Shown in pieces: positions 19,924 through 31,800 of a DNA stretch of 64,000 nucleotides (position 1 is its first letter; the number at the start of each line of letters is the position of its first letter). A program made the translations under genes and the position numbers. The stretch is from a virus: the IMG/VR virus record IMGVR_UViG_3300022226_000003, positions 13,535 through 77,534 of that record. The stretch is one strand, 5' to 3'. Below the pieces are notes generated by a model. It saw only the letters and a program-made list of their open reading frames with translations. It searched no databases and was not told the DNA's origin.

Positions 19924-22900
19924 ATGACGGTAAGAATACCTGTTGAAGCCGAAACCCGAAGAGCTGAACAAAATTTAGCTAAAGTCACAAACTCTGTGAA
20001 GAGTTTAGAAACTACAGCTAACAATACTGCAAGAAATATACGAAGAGCTTTTATCGGTATTGGTGCTGTAATAACTGCAAATTTCTCAATTAGTTCTATT
20101 GGTAGGATTTCTACCGAATTTACTAATTTACAAAATAGGATTGCAATAGTTACAGGTAGGACAAAAGAGCTAGGTAAAGCGCAAAGAGAGCTACTTCGTA
20201 TATCTGAAAGAACACGTTTAAATCTTAATAGTACCACTGAAACTTTCGGAATACTAGGTAGATCAGGTAGACAGTTTGGTGCTCAAACTAAAGATGTTCT
20301 TACTGTAACTGAAAATATAGCGAAAGCTATTGCTGTCTCTGGGCAATCTGCTGAGTCTGCACGTTCAGCTATTATCCAATTAGGCCAGGGCTTAGGTGCT
20401 GGGACATTAAGGGGCCAAGAGCTTCTGGCTGTTCTGGAACAAGCAACACCTGTCGCTGAAGCTATTGCACGTGGGCTTGATGTTCCACTTGGTAAATTAA
20501 AAGAGCTTGGTGAACAGGGTCAGCTGACTTCTGAGCAAGTATTTGAAGCATTGCTTAGCCAAACCAAACAAATTGATAGAGAATTCCAGAACGTAAACCC
20601 CACAATTGAACAGTCTAAAAACCTGTTGATTGATGGGGTTAAAATTTACGTAGACCAGCTAGACAAAGGGTTGGGATTATCTGCTAGAGTGGGCCAAAAT
20701 CTATTAGAATGGTCTAAATCTGTACGTGCTGCTTCTGAAAATGCATTCGAATTAGGCACAAGAATTGCATTCTCTTTTAATATAATCAAGCGTGATGTAA
20801 AGAATGTAATAAGTCCTTTTGTAAGAATAATAAAAGATTTAGGGATCCAATTCTTAAATATTATACCTAAAGGCTTTTTAACAATTACTTTAGAAGGTCA
20901 AATAAATGAGTCTATACGAGCATTCGATAGATTATTAGGTGGCCCGATTGCTGCATTTAAACGATTTAAATTTATAGATGTTATTCGCATTGAAAGTGAT
21001 GTTGAACTTGCCATACGTAATTTAAGAAGATTAAGTCCAAAGTATTGGGCAGCTGCGGGCTTTGATGTTCCGACAATTAGGCAGCTATTTAGTAGGGATA
21101 ACTTTGAACTATATATTAATGGTTTTAGAAGATTAGCTGATGCTGTTGAGAGCAATACTAAATCCATTGCAAGCACAATTCGTCAATTCGTTATTGATGT
21201 AAGATTTGGTACACTTGCTGCATTGAGATTTTTAGGCTTACTGCCTGATACTCTGCTAGTATTTAAAGTAGGAAATTTAAAGAGTTTTTCTAAAACAATT
21301 ATTGAAATTCTAAGAGGAGTTAGTAATACCTCGTTAGAATTTTTCAGAATTGGGCGGATCATCGATGAGGTATTGTTTCCTAATCTATTAGATGTATTTG
21401 ATGTCCTCGCTGATATAATTCGTAAATTTTATAACTCTTTGAATGAATCCTCAATTCTGAGTTCAGTCAAAGGGCTTTTTGCTAGTTTCGGTCAATTTAT
21501 TATAAATATATTTAAAAATATTTATGATAAAATTATTGGAAATTCATATTGGACAGATACGGTAGAAGGATTACCTAAATTAGCTAAAGAAAATATAGAT
21601 AAAGCTCTTAAGGCATTCAATAATTTTGGCAAGCGGCTCACAGCACTTTTCAAAAATATTGCAAGAGCAGTCTCCGAGAATTGGAAAAATGTTGTTGTTT
21701 TATTCTTAGTAAGTGCTGTTGCTATAGGGCCGTTAATATTAGATGCTATTGGCTATTGGGTAAATTTTGTAAGTAGGGCTGTTGCCTTGGGCCTTGAATC
21801 ACTAGCTGTGGTAATCCTTTCAGGATTGATTAAACTGCCTGATGATTTGCCAGATGTTGTAACTAATGTAATAGAGAAATTAGGCGGGAGTATTGCAACA
21901 GCCTTAATAGTTACAGCTCAAGGTTTTAGGGCATATGGTTTTATTATAAAGAAAGTATTCAATATACTGTCTAATATTTTGTTATTTATAGAAATTCGTA
22001 TAATTCTTGTCCTTAATAAAATAGCGAAGAAGATAGCTTCTTTTATAAAGAGTATCTCATTAGATGATATTAAGGATCTTTTCAAAGAATTACCTGAATT
22101 GGTATCAAATGGTTTATCTAAAGCTACTGATAGTATCAAAAGTTTTGGATTGAAAACAATAGATGTTTTTAGAAATATTTACGACAAAGTTATTGGTAAC
22201 TCATATTGGACAGATACAATAGAGAGTATTGTGAATTCTTCCAATACATTGTGGAATAGAGTTAGTAAGGGCTTACTCATATTTAAAGAAAATGTAACAA
22301 ATATTTTTAGAGATATCTTTAATACCCGCAAAGAAGATCGCCTTAGTAAGATTCTAGATACTGGTCGTGATCTTATTCCAGGGCTTCAGCCGAAAGGTTT
22401 TGCTTCAGGTTTTATTGAAGAAATACAAGAAGTTTTTGCTTATATACAAGAGAAATTTCCTTTTGTTGTTACTGGTGCTTTCATCGGTATAGGTGGGCTT
22501 ATCGCATCTCTGTTATTCCCTGCAGGCAGCATAAAAACAGCAATACTTACAGGTGTAACACTTTCTTTAATAAAAGTTGGAACTATACTAACTGAAAAAT
22601 TGTCAAATAGTGTCTTAGATGCGAGTATTGTCAATCAATTGGCATTAAATGCTGGTGAGGCTGTCGGTGTCTTCTTCGCTTCCATCATAAGAGATTTGCC
22701 TAGCACATTGAGTATAGTATTTGGTGCAATTTCGAATTTCTTTAGAGGTGTCATTGAACAAATACCCTTGCTGGGAACTGCATTAAAAGGCGTATTTAAT
22801 ATTGCAGATGTTGCAGGCCTTGCCGGAGCTTTAGGTTTATTTGGAGTATTCTTATTTGGGAAATACACGATAGGTACAATCAGCAAAATAGCCAAGGCTC

Positions 22901-25900
22901 CTCTAGCCACAATTACCCGTCTATTTGTTGCTTCAAAAGCTGCCATCCTGGGGCAAAGCAGCGGTATCCTTTCTCAGTATGTATTTGGACCGCTAGGCCC
23001 CACACGCTCATTGGCATTAATAGGAATTGCTTTAGATCAATTAGGATTGTTTGAATCACTCTTCAGAGACTCAGCGCTAACTCAGACTGTTATTGAGGGA
23101 GGTCTGCTGTATTTACTGGTCACTGGCGGTAAGGGTGTTTCCACAATCGCAGATTTCATTGGCAAGAAAGTAATATTTCCATTAGGCAGTAAGCTAGCAA
23201 TTCTAGCTGCTAAAACAAAGGTAGGTACAACGCTGTTTGATATCTTCTTTGGTGTCACCGGTAATTTTGGAGATAGAGCAGTTTCTGCAGTCAGGAAAGT
23301 TATTGGTAGCGTAAGCGACAAGATCACCACACTGGGTGCTAAAGGTGTTCAATTTGCCGTGCCTTTCATAAGTAGATTTTTATTTGGCAGAGAACCCGGA
23401 GCTACGAAAGACCGTGCAAAGAATGAGTTAGGATTAGTATTTGATGTAATTAGAGATAGCCTTGCAGGTTTCATTAGACGAGTTCGCCAAACGAATATTG
23501 CAGAGGCGATTTTTAGTTTTGGAAATCCTGCACAAATCTTTGACCCGATTAAAAGAGGTTTAATAAGTTTCTCTACTTTCTTTACAAATACGCTAGGTAA
23601 AATGCGTAAGGCCTCGTTACTTTTTGCAGGTCCTGATGGTATTGTAGGTAAGGCCATCTTCGGCAAAGCCGGTAAAGCTGCGTTAATTACTGGCATCATA
23701 GCTACTCTTGCAATATTCAGTTCGAGTGTAAAAGCTGCAAGTGATGAAGTTCCTTCGGATGGAGAGAAAGGAGGTTTCTTTTCTGGAATCTTTGACAGTC
23801 TCGCAAAGTTGGCAAATGAGAACCCTCTGACAGCAACACTCATACCTGCAACAATTATTGCATTAATTGCTTTTAGACGACAAGTTTTGAGACTTATACT
23901 GAGCGCATTCCCCTCTAATGCATTAAAAGGTTTTGAAACATCTTCTTTGAAAAGTATTAAGAATGTTGGTAAAATCTTTAGGAGTGTTATTGGTGGATTA
24001 GTTGGCACATTCGTCGGTGCTGAGTTAGGTAGAAGAATTGGACCTGAGTTTGAAATTATTGGCGCAATTGCTGGAGCTGCTCTCGGTGAAGGTATCTTTA
24101 GAGGCTTAGGGAGAGCACTGGCCAGCAGTTTTGTTGTCAGAATCGGTGGCGCAATTTTAGCGGCAATTCTGTCAGTAAAAGCTGCAATAGTAGCTGCAAT
24201 AGCCTCGCTTGTTGCTGTCACTGGAGGACTTTTATATGTATTGTTCTTTGGGGAGACTGGTAATTTTTCCAAAGACTTAGATTCAGCAATAAATAAAATC
24301 AAGAACTTCTTTGGTTTCGGCAAAGATGCTTCCAAGGAAATTTCAACAGGAATCTCAGAAGCTGCTGAAGCTTTTGCAAATTTTGAAAGAATACGATTTA
24401 ATTTTTCATTGGAAGGTATTGATCCCGAGCAAATAAGTGAAAGAGAGCAAGGTAAGCTAGATTCCCGAATTGCTGAATTAAACGAAACTATCTTACGAGC
24501 AAGGGATGAGCAAGAAGAGACCGGTAAAATATCAACTGAGACATTAAATGCAATTAATGCTCTAGATAGAGGCTTGACAAGATTTACAGACAAACTTAAA
24601 GAACGTAGTGAAATTGATTTTGAAGGTACTACCAATCTCTTTAAAAAGTTCGAAGAATTCGAGCCAGTAAAATTTGGTGAGAAAATTGTAGTTGGTCTGA
24701 GGCAAAGTTTCCTAGATTTCTCTTTCTTCTTGAAAGAGATTTCTTTAAAGATAAAAGGATTCTTTGGCTCTGAAACTGCTGACAGTGAGTTAGAAGATCT
24801 AACCAAATTAAAGGATACACTTTTCAGTGCTACATTTAGAAATATCAGTCCCGGTGTTAAAGAAATAATAAAATTGCGAGAAGACCTGAACAACACGAAA
24901 GGTCTAGACGCAGATATTGTAGAAAGAATAAATAACGGTACAAAAGACTTATTAAATGTTCTTGAGATAATTCAAAGAGAGTCTAATTTTCTAGGATTTG
25001 AAACACCATTAGAAGAAGATAATAAGTTTCTGGTATTAAGAGAGGTTCTTGTAAAGAGACTCAAAAAGACTTTAGAGGAAGCTCTTGTTGCTCAACAAAG
25101 ATTAGTTGATGTTAAAGAGTTTAGAAACACTCTAACGCAAATCTCTCGTGGATTAAACGAAGTAGGTGTCAGTTTTGATGCGTCAAAATTATTCTTAGAT
25201 GAAACTGATTTTAATACACTCATAGATTTAGCTGGCAATGCAGCGACAATTGCTGCAGAGAGACTCAAAGGTGTTGCAAACACTGACGAATTAACACAGT
25301 TAAATTTAAGATCATTAGATATTCAAAGAGAAGCTGAGAAACTTATACAAAGAGGTGAAACAGCAAGTTTAAAGGTTCAAGCCGCAGCTGCAGTGCTTCT
25401 ATCAAAAATAGGTGAAGATACTTTCTCAGAAAATACAATTGAAAAATTAAGCAAAGACACCGCGAATAAAATAGTTGATTTAGTAGAAAAGATTCAAGGT
25501 AAAGAGCAGCAAATTAAACTAGAGGTAGAATTAGATACTGATCTTGCTAAATTCCAGATACGAAGATTAACCAATGAGGTTGCAAATCTTAGAACCCAGA
25601 TCAGTAACATTGTCTTAGAAGAAGGCGGATTTGATGCTCTAAATGAATTTGCTGATAAATTCGGTATAGATTTTAATAATGCACTAAGGCAATTTGACTT
25701 AAGTTTCATATTATCTGAATTTGATAGATTGCAAAATATTCTGAAAAGAATTAGAGTTGTAAAAGATAAAGATCCTAAGCAGGCAGCTTTACTTAGGAAA
25801 GAATTTGATCTTCTTGTTGCTAATCTAAATATAGCCGATAAAACAATTAATGAAATTCTCTCAGATGTTTCTTCGTTAGGTGTATCTTTTAATTTAGATG

Positions 25901-27549
25901 ATTTCGCAAACATCGATTCAAATACTTTAAATAAATTGAAAGAAGTGTCTGATGAACTTCGCGAAATAAATTTAATACTCTCTCGTCAGGGTAAAGATAT
26001 TAGCGATGATGAAGTCAGAGCAGCGGTTCAGCGTCGTGCCAAGCTGATTGGTACTGTAAATAAGATTGAAATTGACCAGTTATTTAATACTGCAGATAAA
26101 GCTATTAAGAGTTTAGGCGCGGCCGGTGCAACTGTAGATATCATTCCATTCATCAACGATGCAGCTTTAGAAAGATTGTTGGAGAGTGAAAGAACAATTG
26201 CAAGAATAAATCAAAAATTAAAATCTACTGAAAATGCTTCAGTCTACAAACAACTTGCAGAAGACTTGAGTAAGGCCAAGAAAGAGGCAGATAGTCTTTC
26301 CCGAAAGCAGCTGTTTTCAGAGTCATTTGAAAGATTCCAATTAAGTGATTTAGAAAATTTCAGCAAGACAGAGACTGTCGATATAGTACTTAAAGCTTTC
26401 CCCTTATTGCAAGACTTCAAGAGTCTTATTGAAGAGCTACCTTTCCAAGATCTCAGAGCTTTGCTAGCAGATGCTATCAAATTTAATGCTAGGGTGGATC
26501 GAGCAGATCTTGGAGTTGAGACTTTTACTTTAGCTGACAGGACATCTTTCCAAAGAAGAGGTGGAGGTGCGGTTACAGAGCAATTATCCGAAGATATATT
26601 TGGAATTGATACAAGAGGTCTTGCAAATATAGCCCAGCGTAAGATAAAACAAGAAACAATTAATTTAGTATCTAGTGTAAATAAAGTATATATTGATTCT
26701 TTGCTGAGAGATATAATTGCTGAGCAGGATAGATTACGTATCCCCGGTTTGTCAGAAGAATCCAGGATTGCTGCTCAAAACTTAATAAATCAAAAGTCCA
26801 GAGAATTAGATTTAGCAATACAACGAGCCTCACTTGATGTAGGAGAACTGGCATTTGAGGCAGGGCAATCTCTTGTAGATGCATTAGTTAACGGGCTTAA
26901 TGGTGCCTTATACAGAGGCGTCATAGGTATAAAAGAAGAAGGCAAATCTACTTGGACAACTTTCAGAGATGTAATTGTGAACACATTCACTGAAGAATTA
27001 ATTCGTCCTGTTGTAGATGGTATAACAGAAGCTATTAGGAATAGTGGTGCGCTAGATGCACTAGCTGATATTGGTTCTGAACTCTTCAGTACTTTCTTTG
27101 CTGCAATAGCAAGTGCTTTTTCTAAACAAGACAGCTTAGGCGGGACTGCTGGATTAGGTTCTCTGGTAGGATTTTTCTCCGCCGCCGATGGTGGCCCTGT
27201 AGTTGGCCCTGGAACAGGCACTTCTGATAGCATCCCCTCAATGCTATCCAATGGTGAATTTGTGATAAATGCATCAGCTACGAAACGAAATAGAGCACTT
27301 TTAGAAGCGATTAACAATAATAGATTACCAAAATATGCCTCGGGAGGTATTGTTGGAATACCCTCTACTTCTAGTATAAATCCCGCTAAATCTAATTCGC
27401 TAGTCTCTGATAATTCTAAATCGCAGCAGATTTTCAATATCAATGTGACCGGCGATATTAGTCGGCAAACTAAGTCAGAAATATTTAGAATGCTTCCTGA
27501 GATATCTAAAGGAGTTAATTCTTACAACTATGAAAAGAGGTTGGCGTAA
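19924..27549 (+). CDS. Tape measure protein (2541 aa)
   Basis: N-terminal AIIQLGQGLGAGTLRGQEL tape-measure domain; hydrophobic middle; C-terminal GPGTGTSDSIPSMLSNGEFV. Confidence 0.92.
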   Translation: MTVRIPVEAETRRAEQNLAKVTNSVKSLETTANNTARNIRRAFIGIGAVITANFSISSIGRISTEFTNLQNRIAIVTGRTKELGKAQRELLRISERTRLNLNSTTETFGILGRSGRQFGAQTKDVLTVTENIAKAIAVSGQSAESARSAIIQLGQGLGAGTLRGQELLAVLEQATPVAEAIARGLDVPLGKLKELGEQGQLTSEQVFEALLSQTKQIDREFQNVNPTIEQSKNLLIDGVKIYVDQLDKGLGLSARVGQNLLEWSKSVRAASENAFELGTRIAFSFNIIKRDVKNVISPFVRIIKDLGIQFLNIIPKGFLTITLEGQINESIRAFDRLLGGPIAAFKRFKFIDVIRIESDVELAIRNLRRLSPKYWAAAGFDVPTIRQLFSRDNFELYINGFRRLADAVESNTKSIASTIRQFVIDVRFGTLAALRFLGLLPDTLLVFKVGNLKSFSKTIIEILRGVSNTSLEFFRIGRIIDEVLFPNLLDVFDVLADIIRKFYNSLNESSILSSVKGLFASFGQFIINIFKNIYDKIIGNSYWTDTVEGLPKLAKENIDKALKAFNNFGKRLTALFKNIARAVSENWKNVVVLFLVSAVAIGPLILDAIGYWVNFVSRAVALGLESLAVVILSGLIKLPDDLPDVVTNVIEKLGGSIATALIVTAQGFRAYGFIIKKVFNILSNILLFIEIRIILVLNKIAKKIASFIKSISLDDIKDLFKELPELVSNGLSKATDSIKSFGLKTIDVFRNIYDKVIGNSYWTDTIESIVNSSNTLWNRVSKGLLIFKENVTNIFRDIFNTRKEDRLSKILDTGRDLIPGLQPKGFASGFIEEIQEVFAYIQEKFPFVVTGAFIGIGGLIASLLFPAGSIKTAILTGVTLSLIKVGTILTEKLSNSVLDASIVNQLALNAGEAVGVFFASIIRDLPSTLSIVFGAISNFFRGVIEQIPLLGTALKGVFNIADVAGLAGALGLFGVFLFGKYTIGTISKIAKAPLATITRLFVASKAAILGQSSGILSQYVFGPLGPTRSLALIGIALDQLGLFESLFRDSALTQTVIEGGLLYLLVTGGKGVSTIADFIGKKVIFPLGSKLAILAAKTKVGTTLFDIFFGVTGNFGDRAVSAVRKVIGSVSDKITTLGAKGVQFAVPFISRFLFGREPGATKDRAKNELGLVFDVIRDSLAGFIRRVRQTNIAEAIFSFGNPAQIFDPIKRGLISFSTFFTNTLGKMRKASLLFAGPDGIVGKAIFGKAGKAALITGIIATLAIFSSSVKAASDEVPSDGEKGGFFSGIFDSLAKLANENPLTATLIPATIIALIAFRRQVLRLILSAFPSNALKGFETSSLKSIKNVGKIFRSVIGGLVGTFVGAELGRRIGPEFEIIGAIAGAALGEGIFRGLGRALASSFVVRIGGAILAAILSVKAAIVAAIASLVAVTGGLLYVLFFGETGNFSKDLDSAINKIKNFFGFGKDASKEISTGISEAAEAFANFERIRFNFSLEGIDPEQISEREQGKLDSRIAELNETILRARDEQEETGKISTETLNAINALDRGLTRFTDKLKERSEIDFEGTTNLFKKFEEFEPVKFGEKIVVGLRQSFLDFSFFLKEISLKIKGFFGSETADSELEDLTKLKDTLFSATFRNISPGVKEIIKLREDLNNTKGLDADIVERINNGTKDLLNVLEIIQRESNFLGFETPLEEDNKFLVLREVLVKRLKKTLEEALVAQQRLVDVKEFRNTLTQISRGLNEVGVSFDASKLFLDETDFNTLIDLAGNAATIAAERLKGVANTDELTQLNLRSLDIQREAEKLIQRGETASLKVQAAAAVLLSKIGEDTFSENTIEKLSKDTANKIVDLVEKIQGKEQQIKLEVELDTDLAKFQIRRLTNEVANLRTQISNIVLEEGGFDALNEFADKFGIDFNNALRQFDLSFILSEFDRLQNILKRIRVVKDKDPKQAALLRKEFDLLVANLNIADKTINEILSDVSSLGVSFNLDDFANIDSNTLNKLKEVSDELREINLILSRQGKDISDDEVRAAVQRRAKLIGTVNKIEIDQLFNTADKAIKSLGAAGATVDIIPFINDAALERLLESERTIARINQKLKSTENASVYKQLAEDLSKAKKEADSLSRKQLFSESFERFQLSDLENFSKTETVDIVLKAFPLLQDFKSLIEELPFQDLRALLADAIKFNARVDRADLGVETFTLADRTSFQRRGGGAVTEQLSEDIFGIDTRGLANIAQRKIKQETINLVSSVNKVYIDSLLRDIIAEQDRLRIPGLSEESRIAAQNLINQKSRELDLAIQRASLDVGELAFEAGQSLVDALVNGLNGALYRGVIGIKEEGKSTWTTFRDVIVNTFTEELIRPVVDGITEAIRNSGALDALADIGSELFSTFFAAIASAFSKQDSLGGTAGLGSLVGFFSAADGGPVVGPGTGTSDSIPSMLSNGEFVINASATKRNRALLEAINNNRLPKYASGGIVGIPSTSSINPAKSNSLVSDNSKSQQIFNINVTGDISRQTKSEIFRMLPEISKGVNSYNYEKRLA

Positions 27550-28259
27550 TGTATGGTATCTTGGATATCTCAACAATAAATGCTGATACAGGCTCTGATT
27601 CGCTACTTTTGTGCACATTTGTCGCTCCAACAAAAGTTACATCAAAATCTATTATCAAAGGGAGTGATACACTATCTTTGAGACGTATTAGGTACCGAAC
27701 TTCCGCACAACGTTGGGAAATTGAAACTGATAGCGCAATCTTAAATAGAAGTACGGACTTATTTGTGCATCAAATTGAGAATGACTCGATTAATGCTATC
27801 TTTGTCAGACCTCCATTACCTGTTAAAAACAACAGTGTGGCTCTAGGCCATTCAAGACCTGCTGCTGGTGATGATACTGTGTACCCTATAGCAACTCAAG
27901 GACTTGCAGAATCAAATGGCACAGCCACGGCAGGTGCCGGATTTTCTGCGGGCGCTGTATCCGTTTCAATAATTTTAGATATTAACTCTGAAATATATAA
28001 ATCTGATTTTATAAGATTTAATGGTCATGATAAAGTATATATGGTCACGGATATTCAGGCGATCACACCTGCAGCACATACTTCAACTTTATCTATATTC
28101 CCGCCGTTGTCCGCTGATATTCTCGGTACAGAAGTTATATATTTAGGTAAAAGAGCTACCATGAAAATGACTTATGATTTAGGCTCTGTCCTAGGAATAA
28201 GTTACATAGATGGCGTATTAGCCAATCCCGGAATATTAACACTAATAGAAGATTTATGA
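27549..28259 (+). CDS. Distal tail-like protein
   Basis: Follows the TMP; DFIRFNGHDKVYMV and IFPPL motifs. Confidence 0.65.
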   Translation: MYGILDISTINADTGSDSLLLCTFVAPTKVTSKSIIKGSDTLSLRRIRYRTSAQRWEIETDSAILNRSTDLFVHQIENDSINAIFVRPPLPVKNNSVALGHSRPAAGDDTVYPIATQGLAESNGTATAGAGFSAGAVSVSIILDINSEIYKSDFIRFNGHDKVYMVTDIQAITPAAHTSTLSIFPPLSADILGTEVIYLGKRATMKMTYDLGSVLGISYIDGVLANPGILTLIEDL

Positions 28260-28855
28260 AAACTATATCAGATAATTTAAAAGCTTTACTGGCAAGAGAT
28301 GATATCCAACCTTTTCTTTTGATTGAGATAGGTCCCAGCGGTGTTCAGTACTTTAGATACACAACATTGCCTTACAATTTGACTTTTGAAGCTGAAGTTT
28401 ACACTAGTCAAAATAATCTGGCCAACATGGATCCTCCCCGTTTATCTAAAATACTTGATAAAGAAGCATATGTAATAACATTTGTAGATCCCCTGTATAC
28501 CTTGAGACCTTTTTTCGAGGGCGGCACTGGACAACTTATCGGTATTGACATGAGAGTTATAGGTGGGTTCATCAACTCCACAGCATCACCGATTTTCGGT
28601 ACAAATCCCGGACAAGATTTTGGTGAATACTTTTCATTATATAAAGGTTTTGTGGATAGCGCAAATTATAGTGTAACTGAAGATACCGTAATTCTATCCG
28701 TTGAAGGAGCTTCGCCTATGGGACCTCTTGATTTACGGAGGACAATTGTGACTTCTAAAGAATATATCCAAAGAGAATTCCCAACAGAAACAGGCTATGA
28801 CCAGGTGTATGAGGGTTCTCAAGAAGTTGTTTTGAATTGGGGTAAAGCGCAATGA
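28256..28855 (+). CDS. Tail tip/hub protein (DUF2163-like)
   Basis: Ends QREFPTETGYDQV...LNWG; synteny. Confidence 0.65.
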   Translation: MKTISDNLKALLARDDIQPFLLIEIGPSGVQYFRYTTLPYNLTFEAEVYTSQNNLANMDPPRLSKILDKEAYVITFVDPLYTLRPFFEGGTGQLIGIDMRVIGGFINSTASPIFGTNPGQDFGEYFSLYKGFVDSANYSVTEDTVILSVEGASPMGPLDLRRTIVTSKEYIQREFPTETGYDQVYEGSQEVVLNWGKAQ

Positions 28856-31800
28856 GTGTCATAGCGGCCATTGTTGTAGGTGCTGCAATAGTTACAAACG
28901 TAGGTATTGTTGCTGCATTACTAACCGCAGCTTCAATAAAATACCAACAAAGACAGCAAGAAAAGTTAAGAGATAAGCTAGCAAAAGCCGCAGATGAAGC
29001 TAAGGGTTTTCAATTAGCCACAGAAGGTGAAGTAGTAAATCTTCCGTTGGTTTACGGGAGAGCTCGGATAGGCGGTAATCGTGTATATCATAAGGTTAGC
29101 AGCTCTTATAACTATGCAGCCGCAGCCGCAGGTGGTGTTGAACTCCTGAGTAGCGGTGACACAAATGAGTTGAATACCATAAGTAATTCAGAAACTGTAA
29201 ACTCTTTTAATATTTTACTATATTACTATGCGACTAACTATAATCGACAAACAAAGGCTTTCGAATGGAATGTCAGTGCTGGGTATTACGTAGATAATCC
29301 ATTAGCGTCCCAATCTAATAGTGCATACTCGGGTGGTGGTGAGCATCGTTTAACAGCTTTTCCTTTTACACCTGTAGGGCCTTTGACAAGAAGTGGTCCT
29401 GACTCGAATATTTATAACATAACACTTGCAGCCGGGTTAAATACTTTTGCGAAAGTTGGTGCGAGAGTTAAGATCAATCATGCCCCAATGCTCACTTACA
29501 CTGCTTGGTTGCTGCAACAGGATAATGAAGCTATAGCAACCAGTCCCGCAACTTTTAATTACAAAATTCAATCTTATGATAATGTTACAGGTGCAACTGT
29601 ATTAACAGCAGATGTTGATGGAGCTTCAGGGACAGGCGCGCCATCTCTGAATGCGAATGTTGCCGGAACAAAAAATGAATTTTTGTATGTGGCACAGACG
29701 ATCTGTCTAGCTGGAATTGAAAGGATATATAGTGCATTTGTTAATGACAAAGATCATAGACACCCGGACTTCGGAAGATCTATGCGAATCCATGCTTATA
29801 GAGATGGTAATATTGCAGATCCCCTCTTCGTGGCCAATGATACGCTAGGAAATACCTCGCTATTCCCGGAAGCGGCTTACTCTTTTCAAGCTTTTAGATT
29901 AAATCGAGACGATCCCCAATACGGTGGCGCGGTCCCTAATGTTGAATTTATAATTGAAGGGATGCGAGTATTCACCATAAACAATGTCTCGGAAGTTTAC
30001 TCGCTATCTGGTTCCAAGACTTATACAAATAATCCTGCGTATTGTTTATTAGACTATCTCTTGAGTTCCAAATATGGTTTAGGACTCTCCGTTGCAGATA
30101 TTAATTTAAAGAGTTTCTGGCAAGCCGCTCAAGCCTACGAAGTTATTGTTGAAGTTAATGGAAATACCAATATTCCTCTAAATGGTAAACTGTGGGAAGC
30201 CAAAGGTTCCCCGAGAAACTTGAAACGATATGAATGTAATTTAATCATTGATACTTCAAAAACAGTTAGAGAGAATATTGTAGAGATACTTAACACAATT
30301 CCTAATTCATCATTTATATGGTCTGACGGACAATACAAATTAATCGATAGATATCCTATTGAATGGGTTGCTGGAACTTATAATCCAGGGACTATTGTTC
30401 AATATGATACAGGTACGAATATTGATTTATGGCGGTGTTTAACCACTACCACAGATGTCCCTACAGATGCCAGTCCGAATTGGGAACGCGGTCCTGATGA
30501 AAATTTAGTTGCGGCTTATATAACAGACGATGATATAATTCTTCAAGGCGACATCGGCACGGCCTGGCCTTCACTGGCATCTAGATACAATCATTGTGAA
30601 ATCTCATATATAAATGAAAGTGATGATTTCGAACAAGGTACGGTGGATTGGCCACCAATCTACTCGGGTACTGTGTACTCCACTTATCTCGCAGAAGATA
30701 ACGGTATTGAATTACACACTACACAAGATGCTGTAGGAGCCACAACCGAGTTCCATGCGAGAGCATTTGCGGAAGAAATAGTTAGAAAGTCCAGACACAG
30801 AAACACTCTCAGATTCACTGTTGGCAAAGCATTACTGTATTTAGAGCCAGGAGATTTAATTCACATTTCAAGTGCTGAATTGCAAATACCTTACGAGTTA
30901 TATAAAATTGAAGAATTAGAAGTTACGGATGACAATAATATCCAGCTTGTGTTGGAGAAATACGATGCCAGGATTCTTGCATGGAATGCACCCGATGATG
31001 AAGTCGTAGTTCCCCGAAATGTATACATAGGTCCAATTCAACAAATAACTGGCCTGACTTATACACCGGCTTCTATCTTTGAAAGATTAGGTTCAGCCGG
31101 GACACTGACTTGGGATCCCATTCTTCTAAATAATTTGCAAGCTTATGATGTGTATTACTATCCTGGCAGTATAAATGAGGCCTCCACGGAAACGGCTTGG
31201 ATTTATGCAGGATCCACTACCGAAAACAAGTTCAGATTACCACCTTTAGCTTATGTGGAGAGTGGCTCCACCTATATTGCCACAGTCGTCCCCAGAACTG
31301 TCGGCGGAAGAATAGCCCCTAGAGAAGATTGGGCAATGGGCTCTTTCTGGCCAGTAATTGAATTCGGCGTAACTGCGATACCCTCATTAGAAAATGCTGT
31401 AATTAAATTACAAATATATGTATACGCAAAAACAGATAGAGTAGGGGAAGTTATTAATGACAGCGGTTCCTATGATTTTTCAATAGCTTCCTTCACACCT
31501 CCCGTTGGTTTTTACGCCTCTCCAGCGGAAGCTTTGCTAGGTAGCGGTGATGTGGACAACCCAGGAGATCTGTATTTTGCGGAATCCCTAACCATCCTAG
31601 ACGGCGGACTCACACTGGCAGAGCCTCTCAGTTGGTCCAATTTAGAATTATTTGCCCCTGAAAGAAATACAATTGATATTACTGTATATCATCGAAGATT
31701 GTCAGCTGGAGCTGTGCCGACGGTTCCCACAGGCGGTAGTTATAATTTCACTACACGGGCGATAGTGGTACCAACAGGAAATGTGACTTGGTATACCAAA

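Noticed and set aside
23349-24896. 515-aa minus-strand ORF and other long antisense ORFs
   Set aside because: Shadow frames of real + strand genes, with no motifs or evident RBS.
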